From Camelus dromedarius (lineage: Eukaryota): 64,000 nucleotides of DNA. The stretch spans positions 98,954,001 through 99,018,000 of the forward strand of contig NC_087437.1 of assembly GCF_036321535.1 (NCBI RefSeq), written 5' to 3'. Below, one piece after another: positions 22,071 to 36,600 of the stretch. Under the pieces are notes generated by a model. It was not told the origin of the DNA. It searched no databases and worked only from the letters and a program-made list of their open reading frames with translations. Made by a program: the position numbers and the translations under genes. Positions within the stretch are counted from its first letter, which is position 1; each line of letters starts with the position of its first letter.

Positions 22071-24914
22071 GTGAGGCGAGCCCGCCAGCCGGCGCGGCAC
22101 GGCCCCGCTCCTCCTTCCGACGTGCTGCCCTCACCCGCCTCGGCCGGGAGCTCCCGAGCTTCCCCCGCCGCCGCCCGGGCTTCCTCCCCCGCAGCCCCCC
22201 GCCCCTACTCGCTTAGGGGGCGTCGCGCCCAGTTCCGGGCTGCGTTTGGAAAGCGGGGTGTAGTTAGCTGGTTTCAATCCACTTCCTTCTTGCCGATTGT
22301 TTTGCTGTTACAGATGGTGCCCGGTTTTTATTGAGAGCGACCTCACATTCCTACACTCCTCTATATGGCTTTTTAATTAAACTTTATCTTCCCCCTCTTT
22401 TTCAAAAAAAAAAAAAAAGCCAGTTGTCATCCCATCTGAGCAGTTTTTATTTCCCAGGTAGGAGCATTCCAGGCCTGCTATTTTGCATGAGTCTCCACCA
22501 GAATTGAACTGCCTGTGGTGGGGCAGGTACACTTACCAGGTGGACTCAATGTAAAAGTAGAGGGTCTGGTTGGTTCCTTTTTTCTTTCTTTCTTTCTTTT
22601 TCATTTTGTTTCTTTTTCTTCTTTTCTAGATAATAGAAACTGTCTCTCAAGAAGGAAACATTTCTGGCTATGTTTATTCCAGAAATCTTTGTCCCCTAAG
22701 TTTGACCTTGTTCCATCGTTCACCCTTTACTCTTGTCTCAGTCACGCGTTGAAATAAATTGCTCACTTATGTAAAAAATAAAAACAGAAATCTAGGTTTG
22801 TGAAGCTTGAGATCTTTCACAGTAGGTAGTGATAGAAGCTCCCTTTTTTTCTTTTTCCCCCCTGGATTTTGCTTTCAGAATCTCAAGTGCACTATCATGG
22901 CTTGCACCATATCCTGAATAGTAGTTGGCAATGATTTAATTTTTTCTTTTGGTCATTTGCGTGAAAAGCATTTTGGGCAAAAGGAGAACATTGCTTTACT
23001 CGTCTTGGTCATGAAATTATGGGGGTAACCAGGGTTTACTGGGAGCAGCTACCAAAGCTGTGTTTGGTTTTTTGGGGAGAGTAGTGACTGCCCCACCCTG
23101 TTGTAGTTTTGGCATGGTTCTATCCTACCTGTGCTCGATTTTAGAATAAGGCCTGCTATGGTACAATAGACTATGTGTATACTCACAGCTTGCGAAGTTT
23201 TTGCTTTTAGATTATTTTTAGAATTTTATGATAGTACCCAAGGTAATTGAAGATGCTCAGAGAATTTTGGAAAGCAAGGATAGTGCATTGTTATTTTAGG
23301 CACTTTGGGAAAAGTTGTCTTTGGAACTCTTGTGTGTAAACTGTTACTGGTAAATTTAGAAGATTATTGCACACTGCATTTTATTTACAGTGAAATAATT
23401 CTAGATTTAATAATGGGAGTTTAGAACAGTTTATCTCTTAATCCCCTCTATTCTGTTTTGAATACCTTAAACTTTAGTTTTTGATGTTAAGTATGTGATT
23501 AAGTGTTAATACTTAGAGGACTAGCTTGTGGTCATATGTATACTAAGAAATATTTAATAGGTTTGGTGTCATTTCTGTTTACAGTTCCCTTCAGTCATGA
23601 ATATTAAAGCCTATTTGTTTCAGAGTGGGAAATGTAGCTCATTTTTCACATCTCAAATTTAAACAATGGCAAGAAGTTTGTGATTTTGACTAACGTACTT
23701 CCTTAGTATAGAATTAGATAAATGCTGATCTGCCTGGTTCAGATGTTTATGCAGAAAATTGTGAATCAGGAGTCGAATTACTGAAAGTGAGCTTGGCCAT
23801 CAAGTCCATTTACCTAGTTTAATGAGCCCCCTCCTTATACAAAGGGAGTAGTCAGCAGTCCAAAATATTACCATTATGATGCTGGTTTTGTAGTATGTGT
23901 GTCGGATCATCTCAGTGATAGTGTGCACATTTTTTTAGAGCAGTAAAACTGCATTTGTTTTTATATTTCCATCATAGTAGTTGTGGAATATGGTATTTAT
24001 TTTTTTAAAGAAACAATCTGTTTGCTTGCTTTCCATATTGGTATACTATTACTTTGTTACGCATATCAGAACCATTTGAAAGTATTCATATGAGTACAAA
24101 TACTTTAAACCATCTACTTCAAATAAATTGGTAGATTTAAATGCACGAAGCTAGTAACTAGGAAGCAGACTTCAAGTTAGTAACTAGGAAGTGAACTGCT
24201 TTAGAAGAAACAAAAGTGAAACTCTTTGTTTTTAAATTAGAAACTTTATGAATTATGAGTAAAACGAGAAGTATCTAGTGTGTATTGCATAACCAAAATT
24301 TTATCCTATTTTCTGCTGTCCTTAAAGAAATTATGTGTTGTATGGTCATGTATAATACTAGCTTTATATAAATAAGTATTCTGGTAGTTGGAACAGTTCC
24401 CTGTTTTTCAAGGTTCTTTTTTTCTTCCAGAAGCATGGAAGATTAGTAATTTTTTTTTTTTTTTTAAGTAGGACTACATAGAACTTTCTTACTTTGTTCA
24501 CCTACAAAGTAACTTGTCAAAATGTAACATAAGGCAAGGGCTTTTTCCTCTGATGTGTTCTTTGCTTGATTGCTCAAGTTTGGCCATGGCAGAGAGTTAT
24601 GAGATGTAGTGAAACTGTAGAGAGCTGCTTTTCTGAGAGGTTTCAGATGATACCGGTAAGGTAGAGTTGGTGGCAGATTAGCCACAGTTAAATCTTGTCA
24701 TAATTTAGGTCTTGCACATGTGTCTTCAACCTTGTGCTTGATGTTTACCTAAGTGTAGGATCCTTACATCTTGGAAATTTGATTCATAGATTCAGGTCCC
24801 AAATGAGGATTCTTTACGGCAGCAATTTAGAAGGCTTCCGCCCAGGGACCAAATTAATTTATAGAGTGAAATGAGCTGGATATTGTTTAAATGCGTCCTT
24901 CTGAGTTGAATAAA

Positions 24915-25030
24915 TATAAAATCCATAAGGGCAGGTATTTTGCCTATTTTGTTTCACCTTAGGGCTTAGAACAACTTCTTGGCACACAGTAGGTTTCAGT
25001 AAATATTTGATGAATGAAATAATGAGTGAA
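24915..25030 (+). mobile_element. L2 3' end
   Basis: ggcacacagtaggtttcagtaaatatttgatgaatgaa. Confidence 0.7.
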
Positions 25031-26089
25031 TGTTTTCTAAAAGGAATGCAAGTACAGGGGTTATTTTAGTTCCTTAACTGAATCTCACAATTTAACATTA
25101 TTGAGAAACAATGAAAACTCAAAACTGTGGACAACTGTTGGAGTATAGACAGTATAGCAAAAAGACTGTAGGATGTTAGCTGGATCTCAGTCATCTTTCT
25201 AAATGACTTTGGCCAAGTCTTTCAGTGCCTCTGGATCTTCTTTTAAAGCCTTAAGGTTAGTATGATTAGACATGAGCAGCATTTTTTAGATCTCAGTGTT
25301 TAATGGAGCTACACAGACATTCATTCTGGACCGGGAGGATAAAAAAGAAATCGTAGTGAGTGTGGAGGCAGAAGGAACCTATGGATCAAACAGTCAGCTT
25401 TCACTAATTATACTGAGGGTTGGGGATGGGAAGGATGTCACAGATTAACCAAATCAAGAGTTGAAACTTGAAAAACAATACAAACTGAATTCAGAGTGAA
25501 TTTCTTAGTTAAAATAATATAGTATTTTCTAACTTAGGTGTTATCTAAAGTTATAAAGATACAATACAGGATTTCAAGAGACAGTTAATGTTACATAAGT
25601 CACTGTAAACATTACATAAAATTGATATTCTTTAGTACTAAATTGTTGGTTATCTTGGTACCAGCATAAGACTTGGTTTGTGGGAGAAAGGGATCCAGCT
25701 GTTTATTCCCATTTTACTCCATTCCTTTCTCACCTAATTTTGATTTGTATGCTAACATCGTATCCAGCTGTCTTAAATTCTCTTTATGATTTTGAATGAA
25801 TTTGATGATTTTCTTCATTATTCTTTGTATACAGTCCATATAATTTGCAAATAATTATCATTCTGACCTCTGTTAATTTTCACATCTCTTTTTCATATAC
25901 TATTTTATTGTTTTAGCTAGGATAACAGAGTACTAAGGTTAATGTTAGGTTCTGTTAACGTGTTGTTTCATTATATGAAATGTTCTTACAGTTCTAAGTA
26001 TTTAACGGTTTTGAAGTCAGATTTGGATGTTGACTATCAAATTTTTTTTCAACAACTGATGTGATAATTTAATATGTCAATAACAACAT

Positions 26090-26350
26090 CTGTAGTAAAT
26101 AACGTGGACTATTTACTATGTACTATGTTAGGGAATTGTGCTAAGAGTTTTACGAGACTTTTTTCATTTAATCTTCTCAACCGCCTTTTTAGGAGGACAT
26201 TTTTTTTTCCTCCATGTCCTGGTGGAGGAAACAGTATTAGAGCAGTTAATAACTAAAGCAACATTTCATTGTTAGTATGTGTTGAGAGTGGGATTTAAAC
26301 TCAGGGTCATGAGACTCAGGGGCTTTTGCTGTTAACCTTTAATCTGTATT
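26090..26350 (-). mobile_element. MIR SINE
   Basis: tttactatgtactatgttagg...tcatttaatcttctcaac...ggatttaaactcagg. Confidence 0.7.
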
Positions 26351-28299
26351 GCTTTCTGGTAAAATCACATTTAGTCACGATGCCTTCAAATTCAATATAT
26401 TAAATTTAAATCTAGAATTTAGAATCTACATTCTTAAATGAGGTTGGTTACAAGTTTTGCTTGTGTATGTATGAGCTATTAAGGTAAGGTTAGTTGATAA
26501 AAGCATTAGAAAGCTTTTTATCTTTTCCTGTGCTTTTGGAATTGTTTAGTGTGGTATTATGTTAAACCATTCAAAATTGGTGGCAGTTAACCATTTTGAT
26601 CATTCAACCTAAGTACTTGTTACGTTGATGTTTTGATGAACGTGACTATGTTAAGCTAACGATTTTATTTAGAGCAAGATTTAGTTAAGCTGTCCAAGTT
26701 TTGACTATTATTTTTTAACATTTTTCTTTCATTATTTTAAAGATTTTTTGTTTCATTTTCCAAGTTGTTGCATATTTAAAATTGTTGACTTTTAGTTCAG
26801 TCAGACACAGTGTTTAGAACAATTGAAACTGTGTTTAGAGAATATGATTTGTGATAGTTTTAGAAATTTATTAAGAATTAAGAAGAAATAACTAAGTACA
26901 TGAGGTTTTAATGACTATATGAAAAGGATAATATTTTTTGAAAGTTAATATTTATATATGAAATGAACACAGTGTAATTTCAAGATTTCATGTTTTCTTT
27001 TTCCTTTATCTCAAATTCTGAGAGATGTTGACTTCTCTATTTTTAATATAATTCATCAAATTCTCTTTGTATTTCTAATGGATCTAATTCAAACGTGTGT
27101 GTTTTTTGCTGGTCTTTTAGTAAAATTTTATCACCTGCATATACTGTGATATAGTTAACCTTTAATTGCCATCTGACTTCCCATTTAAAGAGTCTTTTCT
27201 GTTCTTTTAATTTTAAACAAATATATATAAACACATATTTTTCTCATAGTATAAAAAATTAATAATAGTTTTCCCTCCATTCCCTCTGTCCTAAATAAGA
27301 AAGACTGTTTATCATAACTTTACTTAAGATTCTTGATTTTGCTGGAATAATATAGAATTATAAACTTAAATGGTGTCATTTTAAATTTCTTAAGGCATTT
27401 CTTACATCAAAAATATTACTTAATTGTGTTACACTAATTAACTTTTTAAAAAATAGGTATTTAGGTGTTTAATTTTAACTATGTGTTTTTTTTGGTGTAG
27501 TGTAATGTTTGAGGGTTTTTATTTGTTTGGTAGGTAAATTGTTAACCCTGTAAGCTTGTAAGATTTTCTATTTGGTTTTAGAATCCAGAAATTTCATGTG
27601 TGTGTGTGTTTGTGTGTGTGTATTTTTAACAATCCTGGCAAGGGTTTTGGTCGAAAACTCTAAGGAAAATGGTATATATTTAAGAATTATTACTTTTATT
27701 CTATTACTTTTTTCTTCCTTGTTCTGAATCTACATTATTTGAATATTAGATAGCATTTATCTCTCTTCCTTGCTTCAAATTTTATAATTTTTTCCTCTCC
27801 CTTTTTTTCTATGTGCTAGGAATAACTTTTTACTTTGATTGTCTAAATCAAATTACTATTTTTGTAATATCAATTCTATGTTTACTACCTCCATAGGTAG
27901 TCAGATATTTTTTGGAGGGGGTTGTTTTAATAATGTATACACTAGTTGGTTCTGCAGTGTACAGAATCTAATTAATCATAAACAGTTTTTGCAAATGTTT
28001 TCATTTTTTTATGAAATTGCTTATTAATTTTTAATGGTAAGCACACATTGAACCCAGTATTTACAACAAAGGCTAGAACTTTGAAAGTAATCTGTATCTA
28101 ACTTTATAGTTGTCTCATCCCATGCTTTTATTTTCATTTGAGACTGATCATCTTGAATCCTGTGTTCTTTCTCTCTTTGATTTCCTTTTTTGCCACCTGT
28201 CTGAATTCCTGAAGATATGTATTTTTAATTTTAGTCTTTTTAACTTTAGGGACTTTTTTCCCCATTTGATATATGGATGATATTCATCTATATTTCCTA

Positions 28300-29475
28300 C
28301 TAAGTGTTTTAAAGTTATGTTTGCAACATCTAGACCTTATACCATCTGCACTTAATTTTTGTACCTGGTATCAGGTAGGGATCCAATTTAATTTTTACTC
28401 TATATATGATTTTTTATTGTATTTAATCTTAACATTATTGAAAAGTTAATGCTCTCCTCAACTGAACTTACCTACCATCTCTGTCATATATAAAAGCTTT
28501 ATAGAAAATTCTCTTCTTTCCCCCTTGTGCTGTTTTGTTCCATCATTCATTTTGTGAATGCTGTCCTGTCTTCATTGCTGTGGCTTCATAATAATCTCTA
28601 ATACTGAAAAAATAAGTTTACTTTTCTTCTTCCAAGGTGTCATGGTACTTTATCATCCTTAGACAATTTAGAGTAACTTTACCAAGTTCTCTGGAAAATC
28701 TTGTTTGAGATTTTTAGTAATTTTATTGAATCTATAGACCAATTTGGGGTCATTAACATATTTATGATACTGACTCTTTCTATCCATGAACAGAGTATAC
28801 GTATACTTTTATTAGGTCTTCTTTAGAATTTCTTCCTCAGTTTATAATTTTAACAGTATAATTCTTACACATTGTTTGTCCTGCATAGTATATATCTTCA
28901 GATAGCAATAACATGTGGTTTTTTAAAATACTTTGTTACTGATGTGTACAAATGCAGCTGGCTTTGTATATTATTTTTATACCCACCAAAACTTTGCTAA
29001 ACTTTAATACTTTTTCAGAGATCACATCATAAGTAAATCATGACAGTTTTAATTTTTTATTTCCAGTTTTTATCATTCTAATTCATTTTTTCTTTTACAG
29101 GGTAAAATGTATAATAAATGTTGATTAGAAGTGATGATAGTGGATGTTTTGTTTTATTGCTGATTTTAAAGGACAGTTTCCTACTTTGGTACCTGATGCA
29201 CTTCTAAAGAATTTCTCTTGAGCAAATACATAGTAGTGGAATTGTTATAAGATATTGCTAAATAGTTATTCAAAGTGGTTGTACCATTTTACATTCCCGT
29301 CAACAATGTATGAGAGTTCCATTTGGTCTACATTTTTGTCAACACTTGGTATTGTAAACTTTTATGTTTTAACCATTTTAGTGAGTATGTAGTGGTACCT
29401 CATTGTAGTGTTACTTTGTATTTCCCTAATGACTAATGGTTCTGAATATCTTTTCATGTGTTTATTGGCCAGTTT
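28300..29475 (-). mobile_element. Old L1 (L1M-type) fragments, antisense
   Basis: T-rich L1 antisense motifs, e.g. aaagtggttgtaccattttacattcccgtcaacaatgtatgagagttcca and ttttcatgtgtttattggcca. Confidence 0.75.
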
Positions 29476-31509
29476 TGAATGATTTTTAAGCATTGTTTCT
29501 CATATTTTATTCAGTTTTACATTCTCATCGGATCAGCAATAACCATAGCTACTTATTCTCCCAAGTCTGAAAATAGCAAAAAAGTTAAAAATGTTGTTAG
29601 AGGTAAAACCTTGAGGAGCAAGTACTGACCTGCTTACAAAACAAAATGAAATTGCACAATTTTTCCTTTATTTTATATATTTAAACTAATACTTCATAAA
29701 AAGGTTTCACTGCTGAAAATGAAAAGCCTTTTCTTCTTCGTACCTCAAACTCATATTAATTTCTTTAATAGTTAATCGCACACATGAGTGTGCAAATTAT
29801 TTTGTGTGTGCAAGATTTAATTAAAAAATGAAGAAAAGTGGGAATGGCTGGCTGCTTTCAGCATTTTCCATGTTGTGAAGGGTTTACCATGATTATCTGG
29901 GATGTGGTTCTAAGCTGTTAGTGGAACAAATACAAAATGCTATCCTTCTCCCGAGCCCCAAGGTGATAAATCCAGGTTATAAGCCACAGTCCTCAGTCAG
30001 CTCCCTTGCTCATCCCTGTGGGCTAGTGAGCTGTCAGTGCTGTGATCCCGGCAGCTTGTGTCCTGGTGGCTTGCCCTCTCTCCAAGTGACCCGCCCGGGC
30101 CCTGACCCCACAGTGCACTCAGCAGGCAGAGCTAGCTAATCTTTATGATGTGTATTTTGTTCCACAAGGTACATTCTTTCGTAATGTAGTTGGCTTGGAA
30201 GTTTGGAGAGAACTTGGGGGACCAGTGGTGGGGTGGGATGAACTGTGGAGCAGAGAAAGACATTTCTTAGAGTTTTTGGTCCATGTGGAAACAAGAAAGA
30301 AGAGGAACTTGTTTTAAACTGGAAACTTCTTATTTGTTGGGGTTTTGTGGGTGTCGTTCAGCCTGGAAGTGGGTTGTGAGGGGTGAGTGGCACCAGGTTT
30401 GAGGGCAGGATTGGCTGCAGAGCTGAGGGCTAGATCCTTAGTGAAGAGGAAGGATGTAGGGGAGGAGTGTGGAGAGAGGGACCAGGAATGAGGAAACATT
30501 AGTGGCCAGAATCTGTTGCTGTGGTAACACTAATGTGAGATCTAACCATACACTCAGATTTATGTGTCATCATCCATGCCAGAATACACGCAAATTTAAA
30601 TGTTGCATTTCTTTGAAATGGAGCTACAGAAACAGACTTGGGCTGGAGGTGTGGGGCTTGCTGTGTCCTCCACTGAGACCTCTGAGCTGCTCTTGGTACG
30701 TCAGTAAGAGGGCCCCTGAAGTCTTCCCATGAGGCCTTTGGGGCAGGGCAGGGCCAAGGAAGAAGATTGAAAGGAAATTAGCAGCAGTCCACTGCCTCAG
30801 GTTTAAAATGACCAGTCTTTGGAGGGAAGGAGCAGCTCTCTGCACAGACCTCCTGGGGTTATGGACACCCTGTACAGTTTCTCAGAACTGACTTCTGGAC
30901 TTCGTCCTCACTGGGCCTGGGGCTTCAAGTCAGTAATAAGATTGCGGAACGAACAGAACTGACAGTATTGCCGTCCTTGCTAGTGGCATCAGAGGAAGGC
31001 TACCAGTGCATGTGGGTGTGTGAGGCCGCGATGGGATAGAGAAAGCATGTGAGATGGCCGAGGTCAGCTCTGTGGTTTCTGTGGTGGTCACTGGGTGGTA
31101 GGGCAGCCAGGCTTCTGGGGACGGGGAGATCAGAGCAACCCACACAGGGCATGGGGTCCTGTGCCAGGTGTGGTCCTAGAGCCCTGTGAACATTTGTGTT
31201 ACTTTGGTGTTGCCATTAGCTTACTTTTTGTCATTGGGTTGGCTCGGGCAAGTTCTGTCCTCAGGGTGTGCAGTTTTTGGATGGAAGGTGTGCCTTCTAT
31301 GCATTCTCTGCTGGTGGTGATCAGGGACCCTTCTTACCCCTTGCAGTTCTAGCAGAGCAGGTGTTCTCTGGGTTTAATGAAAGGGGGGGAGCTGACTGAC
31401 AGTGCCTCTGTTCTTCCTCTTCCTCCTGTCTTACAAGGGGAGGACTTCTGTGGGGGTGAGGGTTATGAGGCTGCGGGGCCGCTGGGAACCCGCTGCCTCC
31501 ACCTTTTCC

Positions 31510-32420
31510 TTTACTGCGCATTTTTATGTCTTCTATAGATACTCTATGTCTTGCTATTGAGTTGTTCTGAATGTCTTTTATTATATGTATATTTTTTCTC
31601 TCAGGGTGTGGCTTGTCTTTCATTTTTTCTGATCAGTTTCTTTGAAGTCAAAGTAGTTTAACATGGGTGAAATTCATTGTACTACTTTTTCTTTTACAAT
31701 TAGTGCTTTATCCTAATTTTTTTGAACCTTAGTTCACATTATTTTGCCTCCTATGTTTACTTTTAATATGTTTTATTATTTTAGCTATTATATTTAGGGT
31801 TATGATCCATTTGAAGTTTGTTTTTGTGTGTGCTCTGGGGTGTAAGTTCAAGATTTATATGAAATAAGTGAACCTAATGTTGTAGTTTGTTTATACTTTA
31901 TGGTTACACCAGAAATTAATCATTCTGCTGTTGATGACCTAATTGGTTATCTTTTTATATATTTATGGACTATTGAGTTTTTTTTCCTGTGAAATTCACA
32001 TTTGTTTCTGTTGTGTTTTTTCTTTTGGGTTGTTTTTCCTTTTTCTTTTTGATTTGAAGGAGTTCTTTATAGTCCAGATACTACCATTTTTTTCCCCACT
32101 TAACGTATTTTGCAAATATCTTTTCCTGTTTTCAGGGTGTCTTTTTATTCCCTTTGTGTTGCTTTTTTCATGAAAAGGAGTCCATTTTAATTTAGTCTCA
32201 TAAATAATTAGCTTTCTTTATTATTTGATCTTTCATACCTGTGTCATAAAGATGTTCTCTTTTATTGCTCTGTAATCTTTTTCTTCTTTCCCTGTTGGCA
32301 TTTAAGTCTTATTCCACTTCAGTTTGAATTTTGTGTATTGTTTGAGTATGTGTCCAAATTCATTTTTCTCCTCTGGAGAACCAGCAACTTTATTGAAAAG
32401 TTTTTCCTTCCTATTAATAC
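31510..32420 (-). mobile_element. Old L1 fragments, antisense
   Basis: gtggcttgtcttt, tatttagggttatgatccattt and ttttgcaaatatcttttcc are typical L1 antisense motifs. Confidence 0.7.
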
Positions 32421-34069
32421 TCCACTTGATAGTATTTTTTATCCTTAAGTGGAGAGTTGTTTTAAAGGAAAACAGGTTTCAGGGACAATCTCTTGAACTA
32501 AAGTATTTTTATTGTAGTTTTACTCAAGCTTGCATAAATATAATCTAGGCATATATTTATTATGTCCTATTGTATAGCTTTTATGCACTAAAACCAACTG
32601 ATAACTTGGATGTAACCAAAACTAGAAAACTAGAATAACGAGGTTAACATAATCTGACAGATGGTAGTGTTTTACAGAAGCTACTTGGCAATTGCAGCTT
32701 CGACCAAGGAAATTAATACATGTGTATCAGGATATTCTTGTAATACGTTATCATTAAACATTCGAAATAGATTTTATTGCTGTTGTCATCTACATCCATC
32801 TGTGACCCTGGCACTTACTTGATAAACATTGTCTTAGAGCAGTGTTCTCAGCTTTTTTGTTGTAACGTTTTCACAGATATGCCTCCAAGTTTGATTCATA
32901 GTTTAAATTTTTTTTAAACTATAGCTCAGGTTTGTATTGTAATTATTCCAATACCTCTTAAGCAGAATGTTGAACTGAACAGGTTGTGTGATTTAGTGTA
33001 GAGTGGAACACACTTGCTGTGACTAAGAGGTAACAACTATAGCTTACTTTTAAGTTAGTGCCAAATAAATATTATTTATTGGAACTTGTATTTTGCCTGT
33101 GAACATGTCTTAGTGCCTGGATGAGCAAGAGGGTGACATACTGCCGTGCAGTGTGATAGCTGCTTTTGCAGACACCATGGGACAGAATTATTGTACTGCA
33201 GTAATAATTGTATTGTAATTATTGCTCCTTCCCTTAGGAGTTGCTGAACATCACTGTGAAAATTTTAAACCTTTTCAAGTGTGCTGCCAAAAATATTTAG
33301 TATTTGAACACATACGACAGACACAAAGAAGTTGAGGATTGGTAGGTAAAAAGATAGGAGCAAGTAGGCCTAGCTCTGAGGCAAGATTTTTGTGAGCTTG
33401 TCAGCTTTTATGTGAACTTTCAGTACATATATTTAAACTTTACATTTGAACTCTACAGCATGGTAAAATTTGGCTGCTAATGCAATATACTGTGTGTCTG
33501 CTGAACTATGGGAGTTTTTTAAAGTTTTGTCTTTGGTTTTCTGCTTTCTTCTTTTCAAGCTTTGAGAGATTATGTAGTTTCTGAGTCATGTATGTTCATT
33601 ACTAACAAGTTTGTATTTTCAAAATAAATTTAATTTTATACCCTCACATAAACTCTTGTTTTAGGTTTTCAATTATCGTGTACATTTCTGCTTAGATATG
33701 CAGTTATCTCTCATTATTATATCCATCCATTTGTATTCTTTCTTTATTTTAAGCAGATTGAGAAATAAAACACCCTAGAAAAGCTTATAGTTTGGTTGTA
33801 GTGGGAGCCAGAAATTCATGTATTATATTAGAAGTTTAATGAAATATTTATAGGATATATTGGTAGGCCCAAGAGAGGCTCTAAGAAGAACAGGAAAGGC
33901 CTCATGGAGGAGATAATGTCGAGGGTGTGTAGGGAGACTGAATATGTGATTCTAGGCAAAGAGAAGTCCATTAATGAGGATAAAGAAACAAAAGAATTCA
34001 GTGCCTTCTTTTACCTACAGGTAGCTGCATGTGGCTAGCTGTGGTATAACAGAATGAAAATATTTAGTC

Positions 34070-34300
34070 TTTTCCCCTGGTTTCTGCTACGTGAATTTAC
34101 TGTCTTTTGTATGCTAATGAGATAACTCCTGGTTGGGGAACTAGATAGCTTCAGGATGGGGGCTGTGCCTCAGAAAAACCAACCATTATGATTAGAGAGT
34201 CAGAACTTCCAGCCCACTCCCCAATTCCCAGAGGGGAGAGGGGCTAGGGATTGAGTTCGGTCGCCAGTAGCCAATGATACTATGCCTACATAATGAAATC
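34070..34300 (+). mobile_element. MER21-like ERVL LTR fragment
   Basis: ttttgtatgctaatgag...tagatagcttcaggatgggggctg...ggggagaggggctagggattgagttc. Confidence 0.65.
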
Positions 34301-34425
34301 TCTGGTGCTTTATATACTTTTAATAAATGGTAAGTAAATGGTAGTTCCAGGATAGAACTTACCATTTATGGTTAGTTTTCCCCCTCCTAATTGTTTCTGA
34401 GACTTATTCTATTAAAAATACAGAA

Positions 34426-34523
34426 CCTGAAAAAGAATATATATAGTGTGTGTATATATAACTGAATCATTTTGCTTTATTCCTGGTACATTGTAAATCA
34501 ACTGTTTTTCAATTAAAAATATA
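34426..34523 (+). mobile_element. Very short L1 3' tail
   Basis: ataactgaatcattttgct...acattgtaaatcaact plus A tail. TSD aaaaataca(g/a)aa at 34414-34425 and 34524-34535. Confidence 0.75.
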
Positions 34524-36209
34524 AAAAATACAAAATTTCATTAATGTATTATTAGAATACAAAAATTGCTTTTAAGGAAGTTGTGTAAGTAAGGGTCCAG
34601 TTAGGACCCAGAAACCAGATAATTATTTGAACAGGGAGAGTTTAGTACAAAGACGTGTTGATTAGTAATAGGTGACTGGCTACTAAAGGTTAAAGAGTAA
34701 AGGAAGGAATAAATTTAGAAGAGGTCTTCCCAATCTCCAAGATAGAGATTCAGATCTTACTGGTGAGATTATGATTGGAGCCCATTGGATGGAGGACAAG
34801 TTTTCTGAGGTGCTGGAGGCTGGATGCTTCTGTGGATGGCTCTTTTATTGGTCTGGGAAAGTGCTATAGAGCACGTGCTGTATTAAGCCATAGAAGAATG
34901 GAGTTTCTAATAGTAGGGTAGATTATGTATGTAATTCTTACGACCAAAAATTGTATTTGTTTTAAGGAATTGTTTGTGACACATACAGCTGCTAAGAATT
35001 ATGTAGTATTCTAGTTTGAAAGTCCTAATTAGAGCATGCTTATTTTGTTTTATTAATATAAAGGATTTTATTTTTGGACTGAAAGTTAATTATGAAAATT
35101 TAAGTACAGAAACTGAGCGATTCACACAGATTGAATCGGACAGGAGAGATATATTAGGAATCAGCCAGATTATTAGCATCAAAAACAAGTTAGATATTTT
35201 ATTTAATCTGCAGACATCACAGTTCAAGGATGTGATTTGATACACAAAAATTTTGTTTACCCATATGTTTTTCAGAATATAGGCATTCTAATTTAAAAAC
35301 ACTGTTCCAAAAGATTTTGCAAGTTGAGTTCTTGGAACTCTAAATGCACGTTCCCATAGAAACCATGGTATTAGGTTCTTATTTGGCCTAGAAATGTATT
35401 TAACTCTGTGTGAATTTAGCTTATAGTGCTGTGGAACAGTATTTTTGGGGAAAATTGCATTTAGAGTTTCTACTTATGATGCATGTCTTTTATCTGCCAG
35501 TTAATAGGGCTGGAGGATTCTGTCAGGGGCACGGACATCATGCAGCTCTTAGATTGGTTGAAGGGTTGGAGTGGCAGGTAGACATAGGAACTCTGACGTG
35601 ACAACGGTTAGAAACAAATATTTGTTGAGGACCAACAAAGTATCTCATTTCTTTACTTTCTTCGTACTCTTTTTTTCCTTGAATTACATAATGCTTAAGA
35701 TTGTAGCTCTGGGATGCTATAGAAAGTTAGGAAAAGACTTTTTAAATTCAGAGTTTCTGCCATTTCTAGGCCTCAGTGTAAATAGTGAAGAATTAATAAA
35801 GCATATTTTTAGGTGTATACACCCATAGAGGTATATGGTTAATTTATTTTAATACTAAAGTGCTGTTAATTCAGAAATTGAGATAAACCTTGACTGTGTG
35901 GCAGTAGAAAGTACAGGATACCTCAGCTATTCATGATATTAATGTATAGATTACTTGCCATTGGGAATTTCAACAGTATTGTACTATACATTCCCCTTCA
36001 GGCAGGGTTGACAGGACCAGAACTAGGAAATGAAGCCTTCTGTGAAATTCTAGTTGGAATGTAGGAGAGTGTGGAAAGTTTGCCAGTAAGTGGGCATGGT
36101 TTATGCATGCTTCTTGTTCCTATATCCAGTAATTAATTGGTACCTCTCTCCTATGGGTGAGTTTAAGCCCTGTGATCTGACTTATTCCAGTTCACCTCTG
36201 CAAACTGTT

Positions 36210-36600
36210 ACATTCATTTATTCAGTCAGTATTTATTGAGTGCCTACCATGTGCCAGATACTGTCCTAGTTAGTTACCAGGAACACAGTGATGAGCAAAT
36301 AGGCTGTACTGTCTTTGGATTTAGAACCTGGTGATAACCATAGTACATTATTGCAATCTGTGATAAGTGTCAGGGGAGTCTCCAACCTGAAGAAAAAGCA
36401 ACTATATATACCCAGACCTTTGAATTAGGAAGCAGAATAGTATTATGTAGACCCCGAATGAAAGAAGGAAGAGGAGAAAGGGCAGAAGTAGTTCGAGGTG
36501 AAGCTGGAGATGGCTGTGGCGTGCAGAGGGCCCTTTAAGCTGTGAGAAGGCTGTACTGTGGGAAAATTCCTCAGAGAGATCGTAGGATGTTACATATGAA
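36210..36600 (-). mobile_element. L2 3' portion, antisense
   Basis: cattcatttattcagtcagtatttattgagtgcctaccatgtgccagatactgt. Confidence 0.75.

Larger units (their letters stand above)
21110..22260 (+). promoter_or_regulatory. USP25: CpG island promoter / 5' UTR of USP25
   Basis: Very GC- and CpG-rich block in an AT-rich background. GC boxes at 21444-21453 (GGGGCGGGGC) and 21463-21471, TGACG half-CRE sites, no obvious TATA. Contains exon 1. Confidence 0.95.

Noticed and set aside
21114..22334. Many long overlapping ORFs (up to 328 aa) on both strands
   Set aside because: Low-complexity Arg/Pro/Gly/Ala translations are expected from a stop-poor CpG island. Only the 15 codons of exon 1 match a known protein.
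33186..33210. Imperfect palindrome aattattgtactgcagtaataatt
   Set aside because: Short and AT-rich, compatible with chance.
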